Source: Octopus vulgaris | Lineage: Eukaryota | Length of the DNA stretch: 64,000 nt | NCBI GenBank assembly: GCA_951406725.2 | Contig: OX597825.1 | Span: 82,770,001 to 82,834,000, forward strand | Reading direction: 5' to 3' | Shown here: positions 40,496-53,660 of the stretch, piece by piece | How positions within the stretch are numbered: position 1 is the stretch's first letter | Layout: the number at the start of each line of letters is the position of its first letter | The notes under the pieces: generated by a model | What the model was told of the DNA's origin: nothing | Seen by the model: only the letters and a program-made list of their open reading frames with translations | Database searches by the model: none | Made by a program: the position numbers and the translations under genes

Positions 40496-41514
40496 CTTCG
40501 TATATTTTACCCCAATGCCACTTTGATTACATTCACTGCTCTCTGCCTTCTACAAAGTTTCTGACCAACGGATTTACTGGTTTGCCCGGTGCTATAGCAG
40601 AACACACTCAAGTTGATGAAAAGTGCAGAACTGTATGAAAATGAAGACAAAAAAACTACAAAAAAAAAATCAAAACAATCGAACTGAAACATGGTGAACA
40701 GATCAAATTAGGTTAAATCATGTTGGCATATATTTCAGTCTTGTATTAGTTAACATGCTTTTCCTTTGCGTACATTTTTCCGAATAAAGGAACGCCGAAA
40801 GTTTGCGAAAGAACAGTATCACATAAAAATTATTTTTGATCAAATGAAGTATATGATAGATGCTACAATCACCAGTCGGACATATTTAGCGAAATCGATA
40901 AACATATGAAGAGAAGAAAAACCGTTATAAGAACATGAAACACACATAATTCAAAAATAGAAAAAGAACTTTGGAAAATGGTTTGATGAGAGTATGACAC
41001 TTTGGCAACAAAAGGTCAACAGAAATAAATCATGAAGTATTTCTAAGGAGATTCTTGTACCATTTTGACATATTTGAAATTCTTACGTGTACATATAGTT
41101 CAAATAGACGAGAAAATGATAACAATCTACTTGTAAGTTTGTGTAGGTCTTAAAAAGCTAATGATTATTTCAAGAAGAAATGGAAGTAAGATTGTTTTTT
41201 ATTTGTAGCAGAAATATACAGGAATGAGAGATATATAAAAACAAGTTTTGAATGTACGAAAAATATCCTCCTTGTTAAGCTTCGGATCAAGAAAGCTATG
41301 GGAGTGAAATGTGAAGGTGTGCATCCATGCTCTCAAGTTGTTCCTCGCAAAGATTAACGGTTTAAATTGAAGTAGCCACCACCACCACCACCATCAGCAC
41401 ACGCATATGTTTTCCTTAGTCCCTTTCTGCCTTTCTATGTATGCATGTATGTCTATATGTGTGTGTGCGTGGGTGTGTGTGTGTGTGTATAGGCCTAACC
41501 GATTGTAAAGTGAA

Positions 41515-41750
41515 TACCTATTTCTTTACTACCCACAAGCGGCTAAACGCAGAGGAGACAAACAAGGACAAACAGACGAATTAAGTCGATTATATCGACC
41601 CGAGTGCGTAAATGGTACTTAATTTATCGACTCCAAAAGGATGAAAGGCAAAGTCGACCTCGGCGGAATTTTGAACTCAGAACGTAACAGCAGACAAAAT
41701 ACCGCTAAGAATTTCACCCAGCGTGATAAAGTTTCTGCCCGCTCAACGCC
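41515..41750 (-). mobile_element. SINE family B, full length
   Basis: Reverse complement of the family consensus; truncates the adjacent transposase fragment. Confidence 0.9.
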
Positions 41751-42132
41751 TTACTCCTACAGGAATATTGGTTCATTCGCTTCTTTACAGCTTCAACCGT
41801 TTGTTTAGTACGAATTGAACGTTCGTTACCAGGAATTGGCTCGCTAGTGGTAGTAGCAGACACCATATACCGTTTCCAGATATTGAACATTGTTCGGCGG
41901 CACACATTCAACTGTTGGGCCACGTCCTTGTTGCTCACTCTAGATGTTTTCCAAGCAACAATCCGGTCACGTTGAGCTTTCGACGCCATCTTTGTTTCCA
42001 AACCTGTTATAGACGAACAAAACAATAAAAACAGGAACAAAAGACATTCGCAAAATTTTATGTAAAATGTTGATAGTATTACCTGAACCGATATTTCTAA
42101 GAAGAGTTTTAATCACATTCTGGGACACTTTG
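41751..42132 (-). pseudogene. Tc1/mariner-superfamily transposase 5' fragment with left TIR
   Basis: MASKAQRDRIVAW...SNKDVAQQLNVCRRTMFNIWKRY...PIPGNERSIRT is an HTH + GRPR-like region. The end reads TA-caaagtgtccca. Confidence 0.8.
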
Positions 42133-42155
42133 TATATAAATATACGCATACATAT

Positions 42156-42318
42156 GGCGCAGGAGTAGCTGTGTGGTAAGTAGCTTGTTTACCAACCACA
42201 CGGTTCCGGGTTCAGTCCCACTGCGTGGCACCTTGGGCAAGTGTCTTCAACTATAGCCTCGGGCCGACAAAAGCCTTGTGAGTGGATTTGGTAGACGGAA
42301 ACTGAAAGAAGCCCGTCG

Positions 42319-42350
<32 letters not shown>

Positions 42351-42572
42351 TGTATGTTTGTATGTCTGTGTTTGTCCTCCAGCATTGCTTGACAACCGAT
42401 GCTGGTGTGTTTACGTCCCCGTCACTTAGCGGTTCGGCAAAAGAGACCGATAAAATAAGTACTGGGCTTACAAATAATAAGTCCCGGGGTCGATTTGCTC
42501 GACTAAAGGCGGTGCTCCAGCATGGCCGCAGTCAAATGACTGAAACAAGTAAAAGAGAGAAAAGAGAGAAAG
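42156..42572 (+). mobile_element. SINE family A, full-length reference copy
   Basis: A box tagctgtgtgg, B box gggttcagtccc, CORE-like ccttgggcaagtgtc, internal (TA)n/(TG)n, tail ccagcatggccgcagtcaaatgactgaaac + (aaaagag)n. Confidence 0.93.
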
Positions 42573-43001
42573 AGCATACTCAAATATAAATTTAGTTATG
42601 TGTAATTGATCGAGCGGGTATGTATATGCATGCATATATGTGTGTGATTATGTATGTATGTGTGTGTTCTCACGGAATATATATCTGTGTGTGTGATCGC
42701 ACGCTGTATTTAATTCTTTTTCTCGTACTCACTTCTCTATCCAAAATCATTTTATCGGAAATATGATTGACGGAAAATGCATCGCAGCGTTGGTTCCGGT
42801 TAATCAAATATCGTCTTTTCTCACATATTTTGTAGCATTAGTTTCACTTTGGAAACTATGTTAGATATATTCACAGACGTGTGTGTATTTACAGGTTAAT
42901 TAAACCTACTTTCAAATTAATTATTGCGACTGAAGTATTTGCAGTTTATCGAAAATATAAAGAAACACTGAGCCGTACACATGCACGCACACACACACAC
43001 A

Positions 43002-43034
<33 letters not shown>

Positions 43035-43134
43035 GCTCCTACACAAGTACACACACACTATATAAATATCATGTACACATGCTAAGCATCATGCACGCCT
43101 TCACTCCGAAGATCATAATTCTTAATTCTCTTAT

Positions 43135-43546
43135 TCTTGAACTTGTTTCAGTCATTTGACTGCGGCCATACTGGGGCACCAGCTTTAATCGAACAAATTG
43201 TCCCCATGACTTATTCATTGCAAGCCTTTCACTTGTTCCTTTTTACCCAACCGCTAGGTTACGGGGACGTAACCACACCAACATCGGTCGTCAATCGATG
43301 GTGAGAGTAAAAGGACAGTCACAGAAACACACACACATACATACACGCTAACACACACACACACACACACTCAAACACACACATACGATGGGCTTCTTTC
43401 AGCTTCCGTTTACCAAATCCACTCACGAGTCAATGATCGGCTCGAGGTCATGGTAGAAGAAACCTGCCTAAGGTGCCATTCAACGGGACTGAACACGGAA
43501 CCATTTGGTTGGGAAGTAATCTTTATACTACACAGCAACTCCTGCG

Positions 43547-43548
<2 letters not shown>
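43135..43548 (-). mobile_element. SINE family A, full-length older copy
   Basis: Reverse complement of the 42156 copy along its length. Confidence 0.88.
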
Positions 43549-43586
<38 letters not shown>

Positions 43587-45104
43587 CATGCATACATACA
43601 CGCCAAATACCATGCCACGTATCAGTCACTCACAGTAACCAGCGTAAGGGTGTAGAGACGCAAAATCACGCACCCACACTCTCAAACATACACACTCGAA
43701 ATATTACACATACACACGATCCCACGCACTCGCACGCACACACACACTCAAGCACATTCACGTGTTGGGAAAGTAAGCTTCTTACCATACAGATACACAC
43801 ACACACACATATATATACTAGACCGGGGGTGTGTGTCTGTGTGCATGCATGTGTTGGGTGCATGTATGTATATGAAGGCACATGCCTCCACAGTGTGACG
43901 CATTTGTCCCCCGTGTAGATGACACTTCAGATAACCTCGTTCGTGCGTCACGGATTGAAAATTCATTTTGGTTGTTAAAAAATCGAACGTTGATGGTGCA
44001 AAAAATAACAATTACAGTCCACCGTCTAAACTACAAAAGAACAAAGTGTGCAATATAGACACATTCTTGATGTTGGGTCTAGGGCGCTGGTGCCTTTGCC
44101 TATTCGTCTACACAATTAGTAAATTTTGCTGGTATAATACTTCAACATCCACATCGTCGTTCCACTTGTCTCAACCGTCGTATTATTCATCAAAATATCT
44201 TCTCAAAATCGAACAAGTTTTGATTAATGTTCTATACTGACGTTTTTATTTCGTTTAGTAATTTTTAGATTGGGCCTAATCTGGTGTTTATTTTCCTAGA
44301 AATAAGAGATTTAAAGTTTCAATGAATTGCTTGGCAGTGTCCATTTTATTACAGAGAGAACATTGTTGAAATATAGAGATAATTACTCACTGCTAAGTAT
44401 TCTGACCGCTGGGACAATTAAATTCCATGACAAATTGAAAGAAGCGTTCCCATTCAATGATGCAATCGTCATTGAAGCATGAATGAGAATGTCTGCATCG
44501 TACATGTTAAAAATGGAGGAAAAGTAATTTATCTTTAGGATTGTTGAAGAGAAGCATTTCCTGCCTCGATTTCGGATGTAACCAAAAGTACTTCAGAAAT
44601 GCGAAACCCAACTACTGAAATATAATTAATTTGATAATGATTAAATATTTCTCTTGATATTCAAGAATTGAAACGTTGTCTGAGTATCTGTATAATTACC
44701 ATTGCGCATGACTCAAGTACATAGGAACGGAACTTGGTACGAGATCTACGAAACGTAAGTATTGTAATGTGCCTCGTCTAAGACGATTATTCATTTGTCA
44801 GTTGGATAGAAACTGCAACAGAAAATGTTATATTGTTGCCACGATAGCGAGGTATGAGCAGCTTGTATAATTGAAAGTTCAAAATAAATTACCTTCTACC
44901 GTAAAATAAGAAGATAAGTATGATTAATTTTAGATGTATTTGAAAATTCGCTAAAATAGACAAATACGGACGGTAATGTTACTTATGAAGACAACGGTTG
45001 GCGCAGGCGCAGAATGCTGCAAAATCAACAAATCTCAACAGTTATTATGGAAGCAAAGGAATGGTGTGCTTTTTCAAGTAGAAGTCGCCTGCAAAACTTT
45101 CTAA

Positions 45105-45135
<31 letters not shown>

Positions 45136-45168
45136 CTATATGATTAACTCTCAATATACATGTATGTA

Positions 45169-45221
<53 letters not shown>

Positions 45222-45309
45222 ATGTATGCATAAATATATATTCACATATATATAGGGGTATATCTATCTATCTGTCGGTCTGTCTGATTGACTGTCTGTA
45301 TATCTTTGG

Positions 45310-45458
45310 TTCTGCGGTGAGAAATTTGCTTCCCAACCACATGGTTCTGTGGTCAGTCCCACTGCGGGGCATCTTGGATAAGCGCTTTCTGCCATAGCCT
45401 CGAGCCAACCAAATCCTTGTGAATGGATTTGGTTGACGGAAACTTAAAGAAGCCCATC

Positions 45459-45460
<2 letters not shown>
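45310..45460 (+). mobile_element. SINE family A, 5' part
   Basis: ttgcttcccaaccacatggttc...cagtcccactgcg...gatttggttgacggaaact. Confidence 0.8.
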
Positions 45461-45494
<34 letters not shown>

Positions 45495-45930
45495 CTTTTC
45501 TACGGTAAGCACAAGACCCGAAATTTTGGGGAATGGGTGCAGTCGATGAGATCGACCCCAGTACGTAACTGGTATTTAATTTATCGGCGGCGAGCTGGCA
45601 GAAACGTTAGCACGTCGGGCGAAATACTTAGCGGTATTTCGTCTGCCGTTACGTTGTGAGTTCAAATTCCGCCGAGGTCGACTTTACCTTTCATCCTTTC
45701 GGGGTCAATAAATTAAGTACCAGTTACGCACTGGGGTCGATGTAATCGACTTAATACCTATGTCTGTCCTTGTTTGTCCTCTCTGTGTTTAGCCCCTTGT
45801 GGGTAATAAAGAAATGGGTATTTAATTTATCGACTCCCGAAAGGATGAAAGGCAAAGTAGACCTCGGCGGAATTTGAACTCAGAACGTAAAGAAAGACGA
45901 AATACCGCTACGCATTTTGCCCGGTGTGCT
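45495..45930. mobile_element. Plus-strand SINE B (45586-45816) nested in a minus-strand SINE B, 15-bp TSD
   Basis: TSD ggtatttaatttatc at 45571-45585 and 45817-45831. Confidence 0.92.
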
Positions 45931-46826
45931 ATACATATATATACATATATGCGTAGAATATATCTACCTTTCTATATGTATATACATATTATATTTATAC
46001 ATAAATGTATACATACATACATACGTGTATGCATCAGAGTCACTCAGTAATATATATTGATGTTGTTTTTACACGTGAATATATATTTTAAATTTACTAT
46101 CCTGAAAACCATTTGCATCATATTCTTCAGATTCTTCTGGAATGAAGATTATAATGAATATCGTTTCCAAATCGCATGTTTTTGTCGACTTATCATCATT
46201 TCCTCACACGCAATGCGAACACCTGTTTGACATAAGCCTCTGTAAGTTTGCATATAAAGCTACTTACTTAACTGTTGCACTTAGTTCGAAATCTATTTTG
46301 AAATAAAAATTCAGCACCGAAAACCGCTGTATCAGCAGTAATATATCACTTACGTATTCCTCACCTGTCTTTGAATAGTTTAACCTGAAACATTTCTTTG
46401 CTGATGTAGAGAGTTTCATTAATATGGGAATAATTTTTTTCTTGTTTTCTTCTTTTTTTTACTGGCTTTTCCCTTCCAGTTTTCTGATATATTCCTCTCG
46501 TCAGATCTTAGTTACATATTTGTAGTTTTAACGTTCATGAATCTTTGATGTCCAAACGATTTCATATTTTTGTTTTTCGTTTTAACTCATGCTAAAAATT
46601 TAAACATCCACAAAATTTGTTTGCAGACTTTTACGGGAAGACGTAATTTTATATTATTTTCACTTTCAAATATCGATATACATCTGAATATAAAACCAAA
46701 GTCTGCTTTTGCATCGAAGAGAAAAAGCAGCCTCAACGCCAAAAAGGTAAATGCATTTTGTAAACAATCCATATAATATACATATACTTACGGACATACA
46801 TATCTTTCTATATATATGTATATGTA

Positions 46827-46894
<68 letters not shown>

Positions 46895-47344
46895 TATATA
46901 TACCACTAAGCATTTTGACCGGCGCGCTAAGGTTTCTGCTAGCTCACCGCCTTAGACTATTTTCTAAATATGTATTTCTTTATTGGCCACATGGGGCTAA
47001 ACATAGGAGAGACAAATAAGGAGAGACAAAGAGATTAAGTCGATTAGATCTACCCCAGTAAGAAACTGGTATTTAATTTATCGAACCTTTTCCTCTTTAA
47101 TCCCTTTCGAGACAATGTTAAACAGGGCAGGGCCTAATAAGGAAAGAAAATTATGTTGCAGCGTACCTATATGGTGTGATACTGAATTGGGCAAGGGACG
47201 TATGGCGCCGTGATCCTAGCCTTGGATGAACCATGAGGTTAATGGTCACATCTGTCTCCGGTTTTCTTCTTTCTCTCGTTTTTTTATCCGTTTACGTGAA
47301 TTTTTGGCTTATTTGAATTGATACATATATATATATATGGTTTG

Positions 47345-47532
47345 TGTAAAAGAAAATGCTGGAGGCTTATTTAATTATGGCTTTATTCAACATATTCCCC
47401 TCGTAGATTTGCACACTAATTTCTGCAATCCTTCAGTTTTTCTAAGCCTTGTGAAAGAACACGAAAGTTTAAGCCTCCAACCAAGCCTTTCGGAATAGTT
47501 TTAATGTCAGGATCTTTTCAGAAATCCCTCGT
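47345..47532 (-). mobile_element. mariner-derived MITE
   Basis: Minus strand starts TA-cgaggga..tctgaaaag and contains NLRGEYVE*, a mariner C-terminus. Confidence 0.7.
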
Positions 47533-48446
47533 ATATATACGTAGTGCCTCTTTCAGTTTCCACCTACCATATGCTCTCACAAAGATTTAGTTGGCCCGTG
47601 GCTATAATAAAAGACACCTACCCTAGGTACTTCGCCGCGGGGCTGATCTGGGAATCATGTGATTTTTTAATCGATCTTCTTACCAGAAAGCGACGCTTGC
47701 GCACATATATTGAAAACTTTCGTGAACATTCTCCCGTAGGAATAACTTTCACTGTAGAAAAAAAAATGTCTCTTCTGTGATAAAACAACAGTGTGCTCTG
47801 AATAATATCATTGGATCGTCGTGGAATAATGCGGCGTTACGCATCACCAGCGACTGGCACCAAATCAGTCATTCATAACTTTCTCCTAAAGATCGTTCTT
47901 ATGCATTAAGATAAATAGTATATAACATGTGTTCACGCATATTGTTTATAAGGAGAATTTTCTTCCGATGCTGTTCCCGCAGCGGTAGTTCTTTCCACGT
48001 CCGAGTGCTAAATTTACTATAAGAACTACTGTGCTTAGAAGACTATGAAAAATTGACCTCTTGTCCGTAGCTGATCATGTGCTCTGCGACACGATGGTAT
48101 CGTTCATCATCCATCAATATTCTTTCACAGGTTGTTGATGAAGAGAATTTTCTCTCGAGACTCTTTCCGTGTAGTCACCTCACGTTTGACTACACGAACG
48201 TTTTAAATATGACGGTCCACGCCTATATTCTAAAGCTTCTTTTCTTTTTTTTTACCTCTACTTAAATTATTTTGGAAATTGTCAATTATGTTGAGCTGAT
48301 ATCTTTGCTGGGTATGTAAACAAACACCGTAGCGTAATTCACTTTAGCTCATTCTTATGCTCTTTACTATATTTGGCATTACCATTTAAATGTTATGATT
48401 TGATATGTATCTATACGAATATATATGTATACACACACACACACGC

Positions 48447-48493
<47 letters not shown>

Positions 48494-49259
48494 TTCACAC
48501 ATATATGTATGATGTTATTTCTTCCTAATAATTCTGTCGTTTATTTGATTTTAGAAAAATTTAAATCCATATTTTTTTTGGTATGAGGAATTACATATAT
48601 TTGTATTTAGAAATTACACATATTTTTTATTGGTTTTCTTCAGACACTTGCCTCCACCTATTAATTAATAGATGGCGGGTGGACGGTTGGGAGGGAATTA
48701 AAAACATCGTCCATTCGATAATAATGGCTCTCAAATCTCATTGTACTCTAGAATATCCTGTATTCTTCTGTACAATAATGATAAGTTATGGATAATATAT
48801 TTTTATTGATTCAATGAATTTCATCCATTTTCTTTCAATTATCGATTATATGAATACGCATAGAATTTATTTCTTATTGAATTATGCTGCAGATCAATAG
48901 GTCTTTAGAGTAAAAATTTGGACAGTGATTCGCAAAATGGCGAGGAGAGGTGTTAGTCAAACACAATGGCCGACTCTCGTTTTCGCCATATGTTGATAAG
49001 ACTGTTCTGGATAACACGCATGCATTATCATAAACAACAATGTTCACGAGAGTATTTGAAAGGTTTTTCAAAGATTCTGACCCAGTTATATTATATAGAT
49101 ATCGGGAAACGAAAACAAAGAGGGCGCTATTGTCATAAGGATAAAGAATATGTAGAAATGTGAACATTTTGCATAAATATATAAATCATGCATTTATGAA
49201 AGTTTTTCACAATAATTCCTCTTGTAAAAATAGAAATGACAGCTGTCATATACATACGT

Positions 49260-49293
<34 letters not shown>

Positions 49294-49367
49294 CACTTCG
49301 GTATCGGACACACAGACACACGTATATTGTAGTGCACGCGCATCTTTATATTATATACATATACATG

Positions 49368-49720
49368 GGCGCAAGCGTGGCTACGTAGTGAGAAGCTTGC
49401 TTCCAAACCACATGGCTCCGGGTTCAGTCCCACAGCGTGGCTTCTTCTGCAAGTGTGTTCTACTATAGCCGTAAGTTGATTTAGTAGAAGGGAAACTTGA
49501 CGAAACCCGTTGCATATATGTGTGTGTGTTTGTCGCACCGGCATCGCTTGACAACCGACGATGGTGTGTTTATATCCCTGTTCGGCAAAAGAGTCCGATA
49601 GAATAATACTAGGCTTAGAAAGAATAAGCTTTTGGGGGTGATTTCTTCGAGTAACACCCTTTAAGGCGAATGCTCCAGCTTGGCCGCAGTCAAATGATAG
49701 AAACAAGTGAAAGAATAAAA
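49368..49720 (+). mobile_element. SINE family A
   Basis: Head to tail recognisable against the 42156 copy. Confidence 0.85.
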
Positions 49721-49769
49721 GAAATTGCAGGTGAACTGATTATGTATTATATAAATGAATATATGTCGT

Positions 49770-50098
49770 GACACTCCGTCGGTCACAACAACGAGGATTC
49801 TAGGCTGCTCGTGAAATTAAAGTGCAGGTGGTTGAGTAATCCATAGACCAGTGCACCATTAATGTAGTTCTCAGGGAGATTCAGCATGACACAGAGCGTG
49901 ATAAGGTTGGGCCTTTGAAATACAGGTACAACAGAAACAAGAGCTAAACCTATGGTGATAGGGTACAGCAGGGTTCGTCATCCCCTGCCGGAGCCTCGTG
50001 GAGCTTTTTAGGTGTTTACGCTTAATAAACACGCAAAACACCCGGTCTGGGAATCGAAACCGCGAGTACGCTGCCCTAACCACTGGGTCATTGCGCAT
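49770..50098 (-). mobile_element. SINE family C, long-tail variant
   Basis: Reverse complement of 39428-39786. Confidence 0.85.
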
Positions 50099-50739
50099 TC
50101 ACGGTCTTTGTATATATTATATACGTATACATTTGTATGTGGACTAAATATGTATTATACCTATAGTAGAATATTATTTGGTAGAATTAGAGGTATTAGA
50201 ATATATATGGTAAACAGCTGGAAGAAATCCCAGCATCATGGTTCTTCGAAGCTTTCCTAAGATTAACTCTGCATTTCACCATTTCAATATGAACAATTAA
50301 TATAAATTACGAATCAATATTCTAGTTGAGAGTTAAGCCTCTGAGCTATGAGAATCGTTAATATGACTGCTGACCTAGAGGCATTTGGTGTGTCTTTACG
50401 TTCTGAGTTCAAATTTCACTGAAGTTAACTTTGTCGTTTATCATTTACGAAGCAATATTCTTCTGACTTTGTGCCTATTTCCAAAACAGTTAAAGGTGTG
50501 GAAGCCTGGCAAATTTATTATACCGTTGCAGAAAATACGTTGCGGTATTTAGTTATGGCTTATTTTCCGAGTTAGGATTCGATCGAGGGGGAAATTCTTC
50601 AATCTTTCATTAGTCGAGCACGCATCCTTCAAAGCACCAGCAAAATGAACATGCCTTTAGACTTCCCAAGAAACATTTTTTTCTGTGTAGAGAATTGGTA
50701 GTTTCATTAGAGCAACCAATAAAATGCCTTGTGCTACTT

Positions 50740-50882
50740 TTCTTTTATTCTGTTACTTGTTTCAGTCATTTGAATGTGGCCATGCTGCATTCTCCTTCAC
50801 CGAACCGCTAACTTACTGGGACGTAAACACAACAGCATCAGTGTCAAGTGATTTGGGGGGAGGGACAAACACAGACACACAA

Positions 50883-50930
<48 letters not shown>

Positions 50931-51119
50931 CTATATATATATATTTATATCTATATATATATATATATACATATACGACAGGCTTCTTCCAGTTACCGTC
51001 TACCAAATCCACTCGCAAGGTTTTGTTCGGCCCGAGGCTATAGTAGAAGACACTTGCTAAAGGCGGGACTGAACCCAGGACCATGTGGTTCGTAAGCAAG
51101 CTACTTGCCACACAGCCAC
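50740..51119 (-). mobile_element. SINE family A
   Basis: tttcagtcatttga.tgtggccatgctg...taccaaatccactc...gctacttgccacacagcca. Confidence 0.87.
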
Positions 51120-52149
51120 AACATTCTTTTCATTTTAAGTTCAAACGGCCAAGATGGAGCAGCTTTATGATGGGTGACATTCCCGCAGTCACTTTTCTGG
51201 AATTAGTTTATTAGTTACACTATTCTCCATTCTGTTCTTTCGGAGATCGAACGTGTGTTTTGAGAGTATTTAACATCTATTTCTTGCCTGTGGCGTGATA
51301 TTGTACAGGCTTACACACCAGCTCGTCAAAATGTTATTGGTGTCTCGTTGATACAAGGTCGAGTACTGAACTTAGTATTTCCTGGTTTCCCTTTCACATA
51401 AATAAAATAAATATTGTCTTTAAAACCCTTTCTACTTAAACTGACCATCATAATCTCCATATCACTGTTTCTCTCTCTAAAATACAATAAATAAAGAGAA
51501 TAATAATTGGAACGAAAGAATAATAAAATATAGTGGGTGAAGCAGGAAAAAATCTATAATTACTATAGTCGAAGAATTATGAATAAAAACACCTCATTTA
51601 ATAGCTGCGCCGTATTTTTGCATAAAATATACGCTGAATCGTCTGTGATTATTAAGAAATGTGCTGAGTTAACGTGCATCAGCAAGGAAATCATTCACGT
51701 TTGGTTCACGTTTTAAGTTTTTGGTATTCTTTATAAACTTGAGTTAACGACAGTAAATCTATTTTAATTGTTTAGCTCTAATTGTAACCTTTCCTTATTT
51801 ACAAATATTTTTCCAGTATCGTTTCCATACTTAATATAATCACTCTTTTTCTTTTAAATCAAGATTTTGATATAATAGTTTGTAGAGATTTTTTTCTGTT
51901 GTATAATTTATTAATTCCTTTCTCTTTTCCATAGTTCCGTTATATTTTCTTGTGTCTTCTCTTCTTTCTCTTCAGTCTATCTTCAAACAAAATTGCGTCG
52001 ATGGTAAGCTTTAACTTTGCGACTTTGGGTTCCCAATTTTTTCGTATCATCTTAGGAATATGAATAAAATTGAAAAAAAAACAGTGTTTGCCCCCATTTT
52101 TGCATCGTACGTATATATGTTTAAGCAAATATATATATATTTTTTTTTT

Positions 52150-52260
52150 ATTTTATTTTATCTAATTTCAGCTCACGAGCTGTGGCCATGCTGGGGCACC
52201 GCCATTTGGTGTTGCTACATGATTTTGCTTCACGAATGCTTTTTAGCAATTGCCATTTGG
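52150..52260 (-). mobile_element. CR1-like LINE extreme 3' end
   Basis: Minus strand ggcggtgccccagcatggccacagctc-gt-gagctgaaa + A-rich tail; same tail type as 27030-27075. Confidence 0.6.
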
Positions 52261-53264
52261 TGCATGATATATATATGCACATATGTGCACACACGCACAT
52301 ATGTACTCACTCGTGTGCGTGCATGTGTATATGTGTGTGCCTGAGCATTTTGTCTTTGGTAATTACAAATGTATGCCACAGTGTTGTCATGACAATACAT
52401 GAGAGCGTGTCTTTTATAAACTGAATGGTTGATAGATAACTATTATGAATTATTATAACCACATCAAAAGAACTTTCTGCAACCATTTGTAATTTTCTGC
52501 GCTTCTATCCTTCAGAGACGTTGCATATTTATACGATTTTAGCCGCCACGAGACATGTGAACAAGACTAGAAATACCATTATATCTTTTAGAAAACAGAA
52601 ATTAAATTTGCATTGTCCTCTATACGTTTGTGCAATTTGGGAGCCACATCATTTTATAATTACCCACATTTCCACTTGACAAGAGTTTTCTAGCTTTTGA
52701 ATATTTATCTGAAGCACAGCGCACTCTTCAATTGAAGTGTGTATTCGTCTGCGTAATGGTTGTGAGTGTTTAATTAATTAATAAACACCAGTATAAATGC
52801 AAGTTTAATTTAGAATTTTGCTATTAATGCGTGGGGAACTCTTAAATACTTTGCAGTCAGTGTATATAGAAAGCAAATATTTTTTTAAAAATTCATATCA
52901 ATTGATTTTGCTTTGTGTGTAATTAAACTTCAAAGCTGCTGATCAGTTAGGTAAAAACAAATATTGAGTGACTCAAAATAAGTTAATTTTATTCTGCATA
53001 TTAAAGAGAAAATTTAGCTAGTTATTGCATCTGGTTATGATGTAAAAATAACTATGTAATGAATAATTCTCTAATCATGCATCTAATCATGGTTCTATCT
53101 ATGAAATTTCTAGCTTATATGAATGTAAAGTACTCTACAAACCGCAACAACGAACAACAAACATAACATAACTTAAATCACGCGTTTTTTCGCATTAGTT
53201 GCATCCTCAAAATTTACATTCAATTTTTTAGTTCACCATAAAAAATATATTATCGTTCATCTCA

Positions 53265-53405
53265 TCTCTTGTTTCAGTAATGAAGACTGCGGACATGTAA
53301 AGGCATCGCAATGGAGAGATTTTCGTTCGAACGAATCGACTCCAGTACATTATTCAATTGTTATCTTTGCCAAACCGCTAAGTTACTGGGACGTAAGCGA
53401 TGAGG

Positions 53406-53488
<83 letters not shown>

Positions 53489-53660
53489 GTATACATACAT
53501 ACAGACGACAGGCTTCTTACAGTTTCCGTCTACCAAACCTACTTACATTTTCGCTGGCCCTAGACGATAGAAGAAGACACACGCTGAAGGTGCCACGCTA
53601 TAGGACTGAACCCGGAACTGTGTCACTGTGAAACGAACGTCTCACCACGCAGCCACGCAT
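53265..53660 (-). mobile_element. SINE family A, old copy
   Basis: gtttcagt...ccgctaagttac...(CA)n(TA)n...tttccgtctaccaaa...gtgccacgc. Confidence 0.8.
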
